DNA from: Tubulanus polymorphus
Lineage: Eukaryota; Animalia; Nemertea
DNA: 64,000 nucleotides
Direction: 5' to 3'
Assembly (NCBI RefSeq): GCF_964204645.1
Contig: NC_134029.1
Span: 11,744,850-11,808,849, forward strand
Shown here: in pieces, positions 12,536 through 25,895 of the stretch
Layout: each line of letters opens with the position of its first letter
How positions within the stretch are numbered: position 1 is the first letter of the stretch
Translations under genes and position numbers: made by a program
The notes under the pieces: model-generated
What the model was told of the DNA's origin: nothing
Databases searched by the model: none
Seen by the model: only the letters and a program-made list of their open reading frames with translations

Positions 12536-12829
12536 TGGTTCGAAGAATGAGAACCTAAGCTATCGTCAAGTTGAAGTCAAGAAGTCACGTGACAGGATCG
12601 GAAGATTATCTTTTCAGATTGAGTGATACGCCTTAATGAAATAGGTCCACATACGTAATTCGCTTGTCTTAAGAATATTATAATTATCATGATAAATATA
12701 TTCAAATACTCTGAATAATATCGTTTTTTTAAATCATGCGTAATGGACACCGATTTAGCGGTTAAAACGAATCATTACATCTACTCGCGCATAAATACAC
12801 CATCAATGCTGAGCCTGCTAAAGCGCCAG

Positions 12830-12914
12830 TAGACTGGTCGCCTGTCCAATTCTGCGCCACCCGCATTCGCAGTCAGAATAGTCTAACAGAAGGTAGATAC
12901 CGGCAACCAGTCTA
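12830..12914. mobile_element. 85-bp mini Academ-like element
   Basis: TAGACTGG...CCAGTCTA termini identical to those of 16427-20754; flanks AAGCGCCAG / TAGCGCCAG. Confidence 0.7.
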
Positions 12915-12923
12915 TAGCGCCAG

Positions 12924-15900
12924 GTGTACGTTCAAAATCCCATAGATCAAAATCCCACAAGTCAAAATCCCATAGTCAATATCCCATTGTTCATAATCCC
13001 ACATATTATGATCAAAATCCCATATATTTTTATTATATACTATGGGGTATCTGATTTTTTACTATACAGTGCCGAATACTGTAGAAATATGTATATGTTA
13101 ATAGAATATAACCTATATGCTGTATATAGGGCCTAATATAGGCTAATGAATGAATACAGATTGGTCTTTGATCTAGAGGATTAGACTAATTATGATATGC
13201 TTTGATCAAAGGTGATTAAGTTGAGATTAATCAGTGTTTAGTTAACCATAGCTATAGACAGGAAAAACCATAAGGAAAGGAAAACTAAAAGAAATGATAA
13301 GATAAGAATTACGTATACTCAATTTTCTACTATAAACTTCTAATAATATTCTATTATTCACAGTTTCATTCAGTACAATTCTGTCTCACATACATTAATC
13401 ATTCTAAACACTTATTCTAAATCATTCTATATACAAACTTGGAAAAAACGATATATTATCACAAATCAGCACATTTTCTTTTCAGTATAGCATCTATTAT
13501 AAACTAATTTCAGACAGACAGGACGGATCTCGAGATTTAACTGGAAGATCTCACGAATTAACACAAGAGGCGCATATTGTGTGAAATGCCTCTCAAAAAC
13601 TGTGGAACACGTTTTTGTCCATTATCAAAGTCCTGACATAGATTTTTTAGCCGTTCTTGCAAGTCCACAAATTTCTTACGAACACGTTTCGCTGGGCGTT
13701 GCCCAACGTTGTCAAGAGCAATCAATGCAGACACAGAAGCATTGTCCATTTGAAATGCATTTATGGTTCTCCAAATTGAGGGATGACGATGTCCCACCAT
13801 GTTAAAATATTTACAATTCCAAGATTCACAGATATTATTGGTCCTTGCACCTCCGGTTAATGTAGCATGATTCACATTCCACAACTCTAACGAATACAAC
13901 GGATTTATCCTCTTCAAGCGCATTATTCCATTAGGCGCACGAACACTTTTATATCCACCATTGACATATGTAGCATCAAAATAACCTAGTAATTCCAATG
14001 CATCATCTGGTGCAACACTACAGATATATGTAAGTCCTTCTTTAACATATGCCACAGGAAGGAATGCTAAACCGAAAATCATTCCAACAAACAGACGGAA
14101 CTCCTCATCCTCTCGATACTGCTTTGCGAGTCCTAGTTGCTGCACCTTTCTCCAAACCGACTGAGTCAAATGGAAGAAACACCCTTTCATCTGAACCTGA
14201 TTATCGAACAATACTCCCACTGCGTTGTGTATTGCTTTCTCAAAATCAGCCATGATGACTTCTGGCTCCGGGAAGATGCTTCTTTGTTCACACTCGTCTA
14301 AGAGAATCTGCAAATACAAAAAATAAAATACTAAGTTAAATCATGAAACTAAATATATGAAGTTCTATTTAATATGAGATGGGCATCTTGTCACTGTCTT
14401 TATGGTCTATCACTGACATTACCACCGTCCATATACCAATTCAATATTGCAAATCATATTCTACACCAGCTGTAAATAAACTTGAAAAGAGAATATATAA
14501 CTAACCTGTAACATTTCCTCGTATGTAGCTTGGTCTTTCTTTTCTAATAAACAATAGGCGACCGTAACTGCTGTTTCCCCAATCGGGACCCGTATCACGT
14601 AAACTTGCTCGAACATTGATGGTGCCATGGCGAAGTTCCCATCCATAAACCATTCTCGAGCATTCCCAAGTCTTTCTATACCATCATCTGCGGCGAATAC
14701 TACAACCCTCCGTCCAGTATGTCCATTGTCTTTCAGGAGAAACCGATTTCCACTGCCTTCTGATGTCTCCATCCATTTACCATCTATCACCAATTCATTC
14801 AAATCTTTTGGTTCTTTTGGTAAGTTTCTCCGTTTCTCGCGTCTTATCATCTGCTTACAGACTGCCGAACTTGGTATCTGGGCGAGAACATCTTCTTCAT
14901 GTATAGACGCTATAACATCAGAGTATATTTGTACTGGATTTGCTGCTACCGAATCTGCCACCTTTCTTTTCATCTCCAGTCTGGTCTTAGTGACAGTTAT
15001 TGCTTTGTCATCTGTGGGATGGTCGTGTGGCACAGTTTCTCTCGGATTTTGCATCTCTGTGTCTGTTACTAATGTTCCCTTGCAGCCACCTGATCGATTC
15101 TTAACACAATTCCATCTTATCTGCTTCGGTGTCGAATATTTCTTGACGTACATGTAACCATTGAGACATATCTTGAATCCACCTTTAGAAGTTTTAACTA
15201 TTTCTGATGCCATCTTAACGTATTGATAGCTGTTAAGAGACTGATATAATTTGCTAAGTTTTGGCCCCTTTTTATAGCAGTATAGCCATGCGTGATAAGT
15301 GTTCAAGTAATTAAAAAATCATAATTGCATCATGCTAATTAATCAATAACTTAATTATTGACACTGAACTGAAATCTGTTCTTTAATTAATTAACTGACC
15401 TAAGTTTGCATTCAGATGTATAGATCAGTATACATAATGTTTATAAGATGCTTTAAAAACTAAATATCATGGATTTGCAATTTGAAGTTACCATTGCTTG
15501 TAAAACAAACCCCAACATGTGTGCACCCTATTCATGTGGAACAAATTTCGGATAAATTGTGGGATTCATATAATAATTAAGGAGATATAATGTGCCTTTC
15601 AAGAAAAAAAAACGACCAACTTTTTCACTATATATAAAATGTGTCCTTTTTCAGAGGCGCCCTTTTCGAGAAATTAAGGACATGATTATCAGATTTTGTG
15701 TTAGATGTGCCCCTGAATAGCAATCTTGTCATACAAAATTGAGTGTTTAACATGCATTTTAACATGAGGTGACATTCAGTCAGTAATACTAACAACTTAA
15801 CAATTAGTCATCCTTTAATCTAATAATTTGTTTTGTTTGAAATTGGTCAAAGCAGTAACAGCCACTCAATTAATTATTATTAATTATCACTAACTAATTA

Positions 15901-16402
15901 ATTATTACACATGAAAGTCATGTTTGAAGTTGTCATGTTCAGCATGTGAACTGAAGTCAATATCAATAGTGTAATTTCCTTTTGTGAAATTATATAATAC
16001 ATAAATTAACAACTATCCTTTAATCTAATACATAAATCATGATCCTTTGATCTAATATCCTTTTGTTTTAAATAGATCAGAGCAGTAAATGATACAATAG
16101 ATTTAAAAACGGCCAATCAAAGGACAGCATCTGAACTGAAGTCAATTCCCCCTAATCCCTTACCCTTGGTTTTCTGAACAATACCTACCTAACTTAACTT
16201 AAATTTCAGCTGTTAGTGCTTCAACATATGTTTGTGTCTAAGATATCATATCATACATATGATGATAAGATGGGAAATACAATTTGGTAATACTAATGTA
16301 TGGGATTTTGATCTTTATCTGTGGGATTTTGAATTATGGGATTTTGATTATGGGTTTTTGACATGTGGGATTTTGTAACTGTGGGATTATGACAGGGATT
16401 CA
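12924..16402 (-). mobile_element. Mutator-like (MULE) DNA transposon
   Basis: 9-bp TSD TAGCGCCAG (12915-12923, 16403-16411); inverted subterminal arrays of AAAATCCCA / TGGGATTTT; internal transposase. Confidence 0.9.
13558..15213 (-). CDS. FLYWCH zinc finger + MULE DDE transposase, two exons (15213-14506, 14307-13558), ~485 aa, apparently intact
   Basis: FLYWCH (GYMY...WNC...C...HDH); WFMDGNF, IMADFE, GCFFH and RTNNICESWN motifs; GT..AG phase-0 intron 14505-14308. Confidence 0.88.
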
Positions 16403-17077
16403 TAGCGCCAGTAGTACGTACAGCCATAGACTGGTCGCCTGTCCAATTCTGTGCCACCTGCTTTCGCAGTCAGAATAGGACAGGTTTAACCCGTCCGCCA
16501 TCTTCCGCGGAATATACGGATCCAATCAGATTTCAGTATTTCATCAAATGAACAATGTAACATGGCCTCCTCCAGAGTGTCTCGATTTACGTTCCATGGA
16601 CCGCTTTAAAGTCGATTTTTACACCAATGAAGAAAGAAACTCGACTAAAACTATCAGGTTACGCTTCTGCGGGCACCTGTACTACGCTAGGCTTTGAAAA
16701 TACCGGTATACAATTCAGGATGTCTCCCTTACAGCGCTGTCAAAATCTACCCTGCTTGAAGGAACCGTCGTCAATCGACAACAACGACAACAACGAACTT
16801 GAGATGGAAAAACCAATCTCTACTGTCACTGACATTCTGAACTGAACCAGCCATGCAGCAGAGGCCACGACACCGGCAATTTGTTTGTTCACTTGAGATG
16901 ATTAATTTATTACTCTGAACGTGACACTGGACATTAGCAGTCAATTTCATTGTGGTGAAAATATTATACGACAGGTAACTTCACTTCAGTCTTTTAAAAC
17001 TTGTGAACAGTAAATAAATACTTATTTACAAATATTCTGTTGATTGTCTATTGTAGGTCATTGACTGTGTTCTGATG

Positions 17078-17842
17078 AAGATTTTCTGAGATACAACTCA
17101 GGATTTCTTAAGAATTAGAAGTTATACGTATTGAATTGAGCTCAACATGCACAGAATGAATTGTTGTCGTATCATGGTCAGTTTGAAAAACGGATGAACG
17201 GATTTAGGCCTACTGTCTGGTCAAGACTTGGTCTTTGTGATTCGAGTTAAGTTAGAGATATCAGTATCATTCTGTTGTCACACAATTTGCAATGTCACAA
17301 AATACGTATGTCACCGTCTTGTCAGGCTGTCTGTATATTGAAGATTTTTTCTGAGATAGTACTCAGGATTTCTTAAGAATTAGAAGTTATACGTATTAAA
17401 TTGAGCTCAACATGCACAGAAAGAATTGTTGTTGTATCATGGTCAGTTTGAAAAACGGATGAAACATGAATTGAAGAGTCAATCCAGGTTTAATTGTTAG
17501 TATATCTATATTGATTTAATTTCAGAATGTATCGTCAATCACGAATCAAAGAGATTAAACGAATCCAGCACTAATCGTCATGAAATAAGATTCCAAATAA
17601 CAAGTGGCGAAACTCCTTGATTCTGATGCAGTGATGAGGTTTAAAGAGCTGGAATTTATGAATAACTACACGAGCGAGCATGCAATTGGAATTGAGATTG
17701 GATTTAGGCCTACTGTCTGGTCAAGACTTGGTCTTTGTGATTCGAGTTAAGTTAGAGATATCAGTATCATTCTGTTGTCACACAATTTGCAATGTCACAA
17801 AATACGTATGTCACCGTCTTGTCAGGCTGTCTGTATATTGAA
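17078..17842. repeat. Internal tandem duplication with a deletion in the first copy
   Basis: 17078-17197 ~ 17341-17463; 17200-17342 ~ 17701-17842. Confidence 0.8.
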
Positions 17843-19110
17843 TAAGATTTTGTACTAGAAGTGGACAATAAATATAGAATAGCAGTAAAAAGAGTTTGTC
17901 GTGATGGAATTGTATACTCAATTTCTAGCAAAAATCATGTTTGGTCCATGAGGAGAGGAAAATATTGCGAATATCCAGTTGATCTGAATTAGTGGTCTCT
18001 CCCAAGTCTGTCCCAACTCACTGTCTGTATCGAGAATATAAGTAGAGATGCTGCGGTGGAGCCAAATATCTGATCTCACAAAACACTGACAAGGAGTTCA
18101 AACTATTGTAAACTTTATTCAGACTTAAGTCATTTTCACATCATCATAAACACAACAATTCACTGAATACATTCCACATAATGATAAAGAAAGCATGTCC
18201 CCCTTCGGCCAAGTTCCTTCAGAATGACTATCACAGCTGAGCCCTTTTTCTTACCTACAAAAAGACTAAGTATCAATTGAGTTGTCTGAATTCCGAGTAA
18301 ATATCAGCGGATTAATTCGATACTTACAGCAATTAATGCATTTTCTTCGGTCTTTAAATTTCCTTACGTTTGCTGATTACAATTATGATTCATAGATTAT
18401 CAGCTGATTTACTGTAATCAGGGAAGTGTGATGAGATGGAATACGGACGCTTTTAATTGCCGGATGTAGGCTATTCAATTCAGCCCGTACATCAAAGGTT
18501 ACCGCAACAGCAGTAAGCTACGCTTATCGAGTGTGTGTTACCAGCTGAACACCAGTCAACATCAACTTTGATTTGGTCGCAGAACAACCCGCAATAGTTT
18601 TAGCCCGATAAATGTTCTGCGATCGATACTACGCATGCGCACTGCAGTTCATTGAACAACGTGGAAGTGGCTGTGTATACACATATTTTTCTTTAGAAAA
18701 TCGGTTGAAATTCAACAATTTCTCGTAAAATTTGTCCAAAAAGGTATGTATTTTTATTCTTCTATATCTCCGAAACCCGGTATCGGAACATTAAGTATTT
18801 ATATTGTGATTAAAGTCTGTTTTTATGTGTTAAACATATGTTTTTGCCAGTTCGTTCCGATTCCGGGTTTAGCGTTATTTGGGCCTTGAAGATGTCAAAT
18901 ATTTCGGCCCAGACTCGCGCAGCTTTCGTTTCTGACGTCATGTTGCTATGTTACGACACAAACATATACACGAAGTATGATCTTTAAAATGTGTATTTAC
19001 TACATAATAATGTTACTTAATAACGTTTACATTAGGCCTACAAGTTATTGTCCCCCATATAAACCAAGTTGCCTAAATAGCATCAGCAATCTCATTTAAT
19101 TAACCTTTTC

Positions 19111-19392
19111 TTGTTTTTAGTCATGGATCTTTGTCGATTGTGTGGAAAAAATGCGAAACCTCCAGATCGTCGTCCTATCGATAAAAATAATTTCAAAAGC
19201 CATGTGAAGGAGTTGTTCAACATTGATTTTGATGATGATACTGAACCGTACCCGATATACATCTGTAATATGTGTCGTGTCAAATTACAAAAATGGCGTA
19301 AGAACAAAAACGTTAAAAAAACTGTCCCTGTGACTATCAAATTAAAACAATGGACATGTAAACCACTGGTTAATTCCAAGTCTGGACGGTGA
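19111..19392 (+). pseudogene. Zinc-finger fragment resembling RAG1/Chapaev transposase N-terminal domain
   Basis: LCRLCG...VKELFNIDFDDDTEPYPIYICNMC pattern. Confidence 0.5.
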
Positions 19393-20064
19393 CGTATTTG
19401 TAGTCAAAATTTTATCGATCGATTTTCCATAATGTACTGCTGCCATTCCATTTGAACTGAATTTAAATACTCGATGGTTAATCACTTCAGTCATAGCCTT
19501 TTCCAAATATATAGTGTTCCTGCGAAAATAATAATAATGATTATTATTTTAACATGTACTTATCTGGATTTTTTATATTATGTTTATATATTATTTTCTG
19601 TATTCGTTTATTATTTTATAACCTAAAAGGATTGTATTGATTATAAAAATAAATGTAAAAAATACCTGTATGTGTGTTTTCTCGTGTTCAGATCGCAGTC
19701 TCTGGTCAGCTGAGCCTGAGAAGTACCTATATGAAAAATAAAAAGGAAAGAATAAAGTGCCTGCAATTAGGTGGAAACTATTCCGATATTTCATCGATTC
19801 AAAAGGAATAACACTCACTAGAATCGGCCGAATTAGTTGATCCTGATCCAGAGGATTCCCGTAATATTTCCGTATCGATCTGAACCAATTCGTCACTATC
19901 AAAGAATAGTTCGTCAAAATCGTCATCATTTATAATTTCGTTGACAACCGTTGCCATTTTAATACAGCGGAAAGAACCGATATCACGATTGATAAAACAC
20001 TATATCCGTCTGAAGCGATGTAGAGAGAATCGCACAATGATAACGAAAAAGTCCAAAAATGTTA

Positions 20065-20125
20065 GTAGTTTATTCGACGTTTCGTCTATGTCCTAATAGT
20101 CATCTTCAGAAATAATGAATACTAC
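20065..20125 (-). ncRNA. Minimal hammerhead-ribozyme-like motif (Penelope-type remnant)
   Basis: Minus strand UUAUUU-CUGAAGA-U-GACUAU..AUAGAC-GAAAC-GUC-GAAUAA; stem I and imperfect stem II can pair. Confidence 0.55.
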
Positions 20126-21954
20126 AGAAATTATGAGATATATATACAATCCAGAGACTAAGAGACTAATTCAAGTAATCAGAGATGATACAAACTAAAG
20201 GAAAATTAACGTAGAAACAGTTACACGCTAAAACAGATTAAAGAGAAGCAGTTAAGAGACAAACTAGGGGGCACTTAAATTTAAGACAATTGTGAATACA
20301 AGTTGATCGACTGAAATTGATGAGGGGAAATCAGGTGTTGAGTTTAACCAGTTTACAGAGGAATTTTTAAATAAGTTTATTATGGGATGAAAAACCGATA
20401 TTCGGAAACAACTGAATTATTACGGGAGATTCCCGATCTCGTTGGTTATCGCTTATCGGCGCGTTACGTAACAAAGCGCTCGCCGACGAACCGTTATCGG
20501 CTTTAGGGCAATTACAACGCACATTCGACAAGAGCTGCACAATAGCGTCCGTATTCCATCTCATCACACTTCCCTGCTGTAATCAATCATTGCAGTGCGA
20601 TTTTGATATTACTCCTAGTTTCGCTTATTCGATAAGACGCCATTTTAACCCGGAAGTAACTCGATACTGACATGTTTGACATGCATCGAAAATGTAAAAT
20701 GGAGGATGGGATTAACCGGTCTCTAACTGAAGGTAGAGACCGGCAACCAGTCTAGTACAGCCATACACACGAGGCGCATTTGTTTGAAACCGGTTTGCAC
20801 AAACCGTTTCGGTTAGTAGGAAAATCGCATTTGTTCATAACGGTTTGCAAACCGGTTTTCATAAACCGTCGTCTTTGTTCACGCGTAAACCTAAACGGTT
20901 TGCGTAAACCGACCAAACCGTTCGCCGAGCGGTTTGCAAGACCAAACCGACTTTTCCAACATGGCGGTCCCCTTTGATTTGGTAATCGCTGATAAGAAAA
21001 TATCCACCGTAGCTGACTCTATGGACGCTTATAAATGGATCAGAGACAGTAACATTAAATAGTTTTATGCACGGAATATATATAATTCGTAAAATTATTT
21101 CTAATAGCGATTGTATGTGCTGTAATTCGCTCCATTGCATGCAATTCTATCTAAATTCAAAGTTAATTTATTGATAATGCTCATTAAACATCCTTATTTC
21201 AGATTCACCTGGTCATTGAACAAATTAAATCTGATTATGACTTCGCTGCATTACCTCCTGATGAAACAATTCACATAAGGGTTCCTGACGATATTTTGCC
21301 TGGTAATGGTAAGTGTTAAGTATGTTTAGAGTTGTTTAAGATGTAGTAAGCCTATCTATGATGTGAATAAAATAGTACCCAGTCAGTAGACTACTTTACT
21401 CCCAGTCCTGGCACTAATGCTATTGATTGCCATATGAATACCGGTATCGACATATGTTTAATCGTCATGAAAATGAGAAGTTTGAAATATTTTGTATAAA
21501 TCATTGCGTTTTATGTTACGTAGGACATATGTGATGAAAATAGATATGAATGCTCGACATAGTCATAGATCCTTTGTTAATTTGTTTCCTTTTTTTCCAG
21601 TTCACAAGAGACCAATTCAAACAGAAAATAATGTACGTGTATCTAATACAGATGAAATTACTGGTAACAGGCAAACAGTAAACAGTAAAACAACTGTGAA
21701 AAGTATTGATAGTGGTAAGTCTTTAATATATCAAATAGGCTACAGTCAGTAACCTTTCTTTTACTAAGTCATGTTATTGATCTTTGAATATTATAGCTAT
21801 ATTTTATGATTTTTGTTATAGGGGACATCTTTCATTGATCATCCGTGCTTTATCAATATTTTTAGCCCATTATTAGTCTTGCTAAGAAAAACAGAATATG
21901 CCTAAATTTGTTAGTTTTTTCTGAACAATATCATATTAAATTTTTTATTTCCAG

Positions 21955-22573
21955 ACAAACAACAAATGCCTGATAATGCTGTTAAGCTAATCATTCACCT
22001 TCGTACAGAAATGGATGAGGACTTTAGTAAAATGGGGAAGAAGAAGCGTCCACTTTGGGAAAAAATTGCTGAAAAATTGGAAGAAGAAAAGAAGAAGGTT
22101 ATATATATATATATACTTGGGAGCAGATTAAAGCTAAATGGAACAATTTGGTTCATATGTACAAACAAACCTGTGATAAAAACAATCAAACTGGGAACTC
22201 CCCTGCAACGTGTAAATTTTTCGATGAGTTGGACAATATCCTAGGCTCCAAGCCCAACGCCCGTCCTGATTTCACTGTCTCTGCATTTGAAAATCTCAAC
22301 AATAATGATATTGAAGAGAGTGACATTAGTACTAGTGATGATCCTTCAGATTTATTCCCCCAGAACCCCCCAAAGCGCAAAAGGCCAAATAAACGGACGC
22401 AGGAGTTACATCATATTTTGGCGGATTATGAAAAAGTAAGGCGAGAAGAACACCAAGAAATTATGACTGAGATGAAAAAGGAACATGAACAGTTTTTGAA
22501 ACTAGAAAATCATAGAACTGAAATCGAGAAGGAAAAAGTCCAGGTGCTCAAAGAATTATTTAAAAAGTTGTAG
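21955..22573 (+). pseudogene. Harbinger Myb/SANT-like (trihelix) DNA-binding protein, last exon, frameshifted at a (TA)n tract
   Basis: LWEKIAEKL...TWEQIKAKWNNLVHMYK...CKFFDELDNILG plus C-terminal coiled coil; probable upstream exons near 21200-21715. Confidence 0.8.
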
Positions 22574-23063
22574 GATAAACAGTCGAGTTAGGGCTAAAGA
22601 AAATGATACCTTGTTTCTCCTAATCAGCCGGGTCATTTTTTATATTGCAATAAAATTTGTAATCAGTTTTCATTTTTATAACTGCCGGGTCCTATCATGG
22701 TTTAATAATAGTATTGTACAGGGTAGATAGGCAGCTGGCTGGGTCAATTTTTTTAGCTCAGCAAAGAGGAGAAACAATGTATCAAATTCTTTAGCCTAGG
22801 ATTGGTGTATTTAGTTTTGAAGTGATTTCTTTTACATTTTTCTACGAGTGTTCAGTAATTGGTCAAATCTTACCTAGAAGCTCAAGTGATATAGTATCTA
22901 GTAGATTTTACTAATGCATACATGATATTGTACAATGAAGATCTCAGGAAATTAACAAGTTTTGTTGTTCTGTTAATCACTGTCAAGATGGCGGTATAAG
23001 AGAGCATTTAAGACATTTGGGGCTCACATTTATAATTTATAAGTTTTTGTTTATAATAAACGA

Positions 23064-25305
23064 TTTTATTAGGCCAGCCGTAGGCTGAGCCTATTACTAT
23101 ACAAATGGAGCGAATTTAAATGACATGGTTTCCACACAAAAGGCTCTTTTGCTTGCCAAGTGATGGCATATTCGAACAAATCACGTATTTAAGCGTAATC
23201 CATTCTCGGAATCGTAGCGAGCAGAATTTTGAAATAGGGTCTCATAAAAATGTTTTCTGCATTTTTCACGAAAGTTAAATCGGGAAAATTTCAATTTTTA
23301 TCAGCCAATCAGGAAGTTGTGTCTTCCCTGTGATTGGTTTATCTGAAAATATCAGCAGCTGTTCACGTGAATTATCGCGATTTCATTACTGGCGCTTTTG
23401 CGCATGACGTCATGTATCAACAAGCGACAATACTTCCGCGTTCGCTACGTTTTCGCTGATTGGCCCATTTACTGGGAAATTCCACAGAAGCCTAATGTGG
23501 TTTGTTACAAGCGCTGTGATTGGCCCGACCCGATTCTGGCATGGCTTTAGCTTAGTGGGTTCGAATCCCTTGACGGGTGAAGATGATGGATCCTATCAAT
23601 ATCTATTGAAACAAATAAGTTTCCCGGTTGGGCAGCCGCGGATATCTACCGGAAGTGTTCCGGTTCGATATTTCGGGGTTTCTTTGAATTTTGGAGTGAT
23701 ATTGAAATCCGGTAAATACCAGAGGTAGATTGTGAAAACCCATTGCATGATATTTGTATTACTTAATCAACGAAAAGCGTCGGGGCCGCGCCAGGAGTTT
23801 TCGTGATTCAAGTAGCGCAATAGCCTACTTCTTCGTGTTCGTCCACCTCAATTTTCACTCCGCCGATCTCTGACACGGCTCTGTCCCCGTCGGCGCTGTG
23901 ATTGCACTTTCGTACCACCAAACTTTTTTATTTCTATATCAGGGAGGTCTGGAGAATAAAAAAAGTCAAAATTTGGATATCACATAGGCCTGATTTCATC
24001 GAATAAGTCGACCATGGTCGTTACGTTTCCGTACTTATTACCACCTAAAACCGTCTGAACAATTTTGTCACAACCAACATTTCGTTTACAGAAATCAGGT
24101 GTTCACGTGAATCCGCGGTATCGTCTACTGTTTTACTTCCGGGTTTTATTTTAAGATTTAAAATTGTATTTCAAGATCGATTTCTATGAAATCTTTAGTT
24201 GATTTGGTGTTAGGGAGGAATTTTTATTTGCTCTACAGAAAATTCATCCTTGACAATTGCGCAAGGTTCGCGAAAAAAAGGTTTTACCAAATCGGGTGTA
24301 TGACCTTGATATGCTAATTAGCCATGTGCCCGAATTGAAAATTCAATCAAATTTTATTCTGCCAAAAAATGTTAAATACAATTCGCTTTCCGAGAGTTAA
24401 TGGTATGCTGCATGGAACAAAGTTGTTTTGAGATGGGTCTTGAAGCTACTGAGGTCGAGAGATAACCATCTAGATAGTTCGTGAGAGTTCCAAAGTTTTG
24501 AAGACGCTTCAAGGTAATGTCTTGATATTTGTTTTATACGTGTATCTACCCTAGACACATCTTCAGGCCAAAAACTGGCCCTGTCAGATTCAAGATGGCC
24601 GACTGGCAGCCATTGTTGTTCGCCAAAATCAGCACTTTTTACACATTTTCGAAGTTTTCGAGGGAAATTTTGAAGACACTTTTATCAATAACCTTGATCA
24701 TTCGTATATATTTGTATCCCCCGAGGACCCATCGGCATGAGAAAAATTGAGTCGATCGGACTCAAGATGGCCGTACTGTGACCTTTTTTGTTCCCAAAAA
24801 TGTCAATTTTGGCCTGAATTCTGAGTACTGTAGCTTTCTAATGGTGCGCCATGTTTCATTGCAATTTGTAATGGGTATTCTTTGGAAAGGGATCTTTTAT
24901 ATCCGAGAGGGTATTTTTGACCAGGCAATTATGACGCACTTGGCAGCCATCTTGGGGTCATCAGTACTCATTCGTAGGTGGAAAAAAAGTTTTTCCACAT
25001 AATTGATACTTAAGCATATTTTGCTACTATAATCAATTGGAAAGTTGTAGCTCATGACATGTTCTATGATCGAGGTGAGTTTCAAGCTCATTGGTTTTTT
25101 TTATGGCCACCAGGGGGCGTTGAACTATACAATAACTTAGTATTTCTATATTACATTCGTTCCTGCTGTCTGTGTTAACACACGATTTTACTATGTAAAT
25201 GATATTGAACAGGGAGTGTATATTGATAAATATAACCCACAGATTACATCATTTATAAAAAGCAAATCTGACAGGCTGGCCATTGTGCCCCTTGGGGCTC
25301 TTGTT
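23064..25305 (+). mobile_element. Helentron-associated non-autonomous element (HINE) inserted in the Harbinger
   Basis: Subterminal IR GGCCAGCC/GGCTGGCC, 3' hairpin GCCCCTTGGGGC then TCTTGTTT; near-identical copy at 63113-64000. Confidence 0.75.
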
Positions 25306-25404
25306 TAAGTTTTATATCAGATGTGTTTATTATTTCCTTCAACATTTTGTGTTTTTCTGTAAGGAGAGCCTCATGTGTTGGATGTAGACATAAAATTGAA
25401 ATAT

Positions 25405-25612
25405 TGTGGTTTATCTTAACATTGTACGGACCTTGGTTTCCCAAGATTAACCCTATTGGATTGTTCATTTAACCTCACGACGGGACCACAGCCTTTGAAG
25501 AGTCACCCGCACACTGTAAGCAGCCCCAGCAGGACTCGAACCCACTTGTCACTCGCCACTTATAGTACACCAGCATTACGCCTTATTCAAGTCAGCTACC
25601 AAGGCCGCGCTC
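25405..25612 (-). mobile_element. tRNA-derived SINE
   Basis: Minus strand A-box-like TAGCTGACTTGAATA and B-box GGTTCGAGTCC followed by a non-tRNA body. Confidence 0.55.
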
Positions 25613-25895
25613 TTGTTCACCAATTTATCATTCCTCTTGTCCTCAAGTCAAATCAAATAGGAATCTCTGGTTGAAAATAGAATGCATCATAGAATAAAAA
25701 CTAACCATTAAATTTTATTTCTAAGAGATTTATTGAACCAATTTCTGGGACAAATCTAATAACAAAACCACATGTTGAGTGACTGGTTCTATGGAAATGT
25801 CTGCATCAATATTTAAGTACAAATTTACAAATTGAATCAAAACAAGAGATAAAACTTTAATTTCCATTGGGAAAATCTTCATTTTTAGTATGTCA

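Larger units (their letters stand above)
18419..20576. mobile_element. TIR element with 33-bp perfect TIRs and 7-bp TSD (P-element-like ends)
   Basis: CAGGGAAGTGTGATGAGATGGAATACGGACGCT and its reverse complement at the right end; TSD CTGTAAT on both sides. Confidence 0.75.
16427..20754. mobile_element. Non-autonomous Academ-like (AcademH-type) transposon
   Basis: TAGACTGGT...ACCAGTCTA termini; perfect 9-bp TSD GTACAGCCA (16418-16426, 20755-20763). Confidence 0.75.

Noticed and set aside
23495-23728. 77-aa ORF repeated at 63544-63777
   Set aside because: Conservation reflects near-identical copies of a non-coding HINE
25522-25610. tRNA gene
   Set aside because: A/B boxes present but no convincing cloverleaf; continues into a SINE-like body
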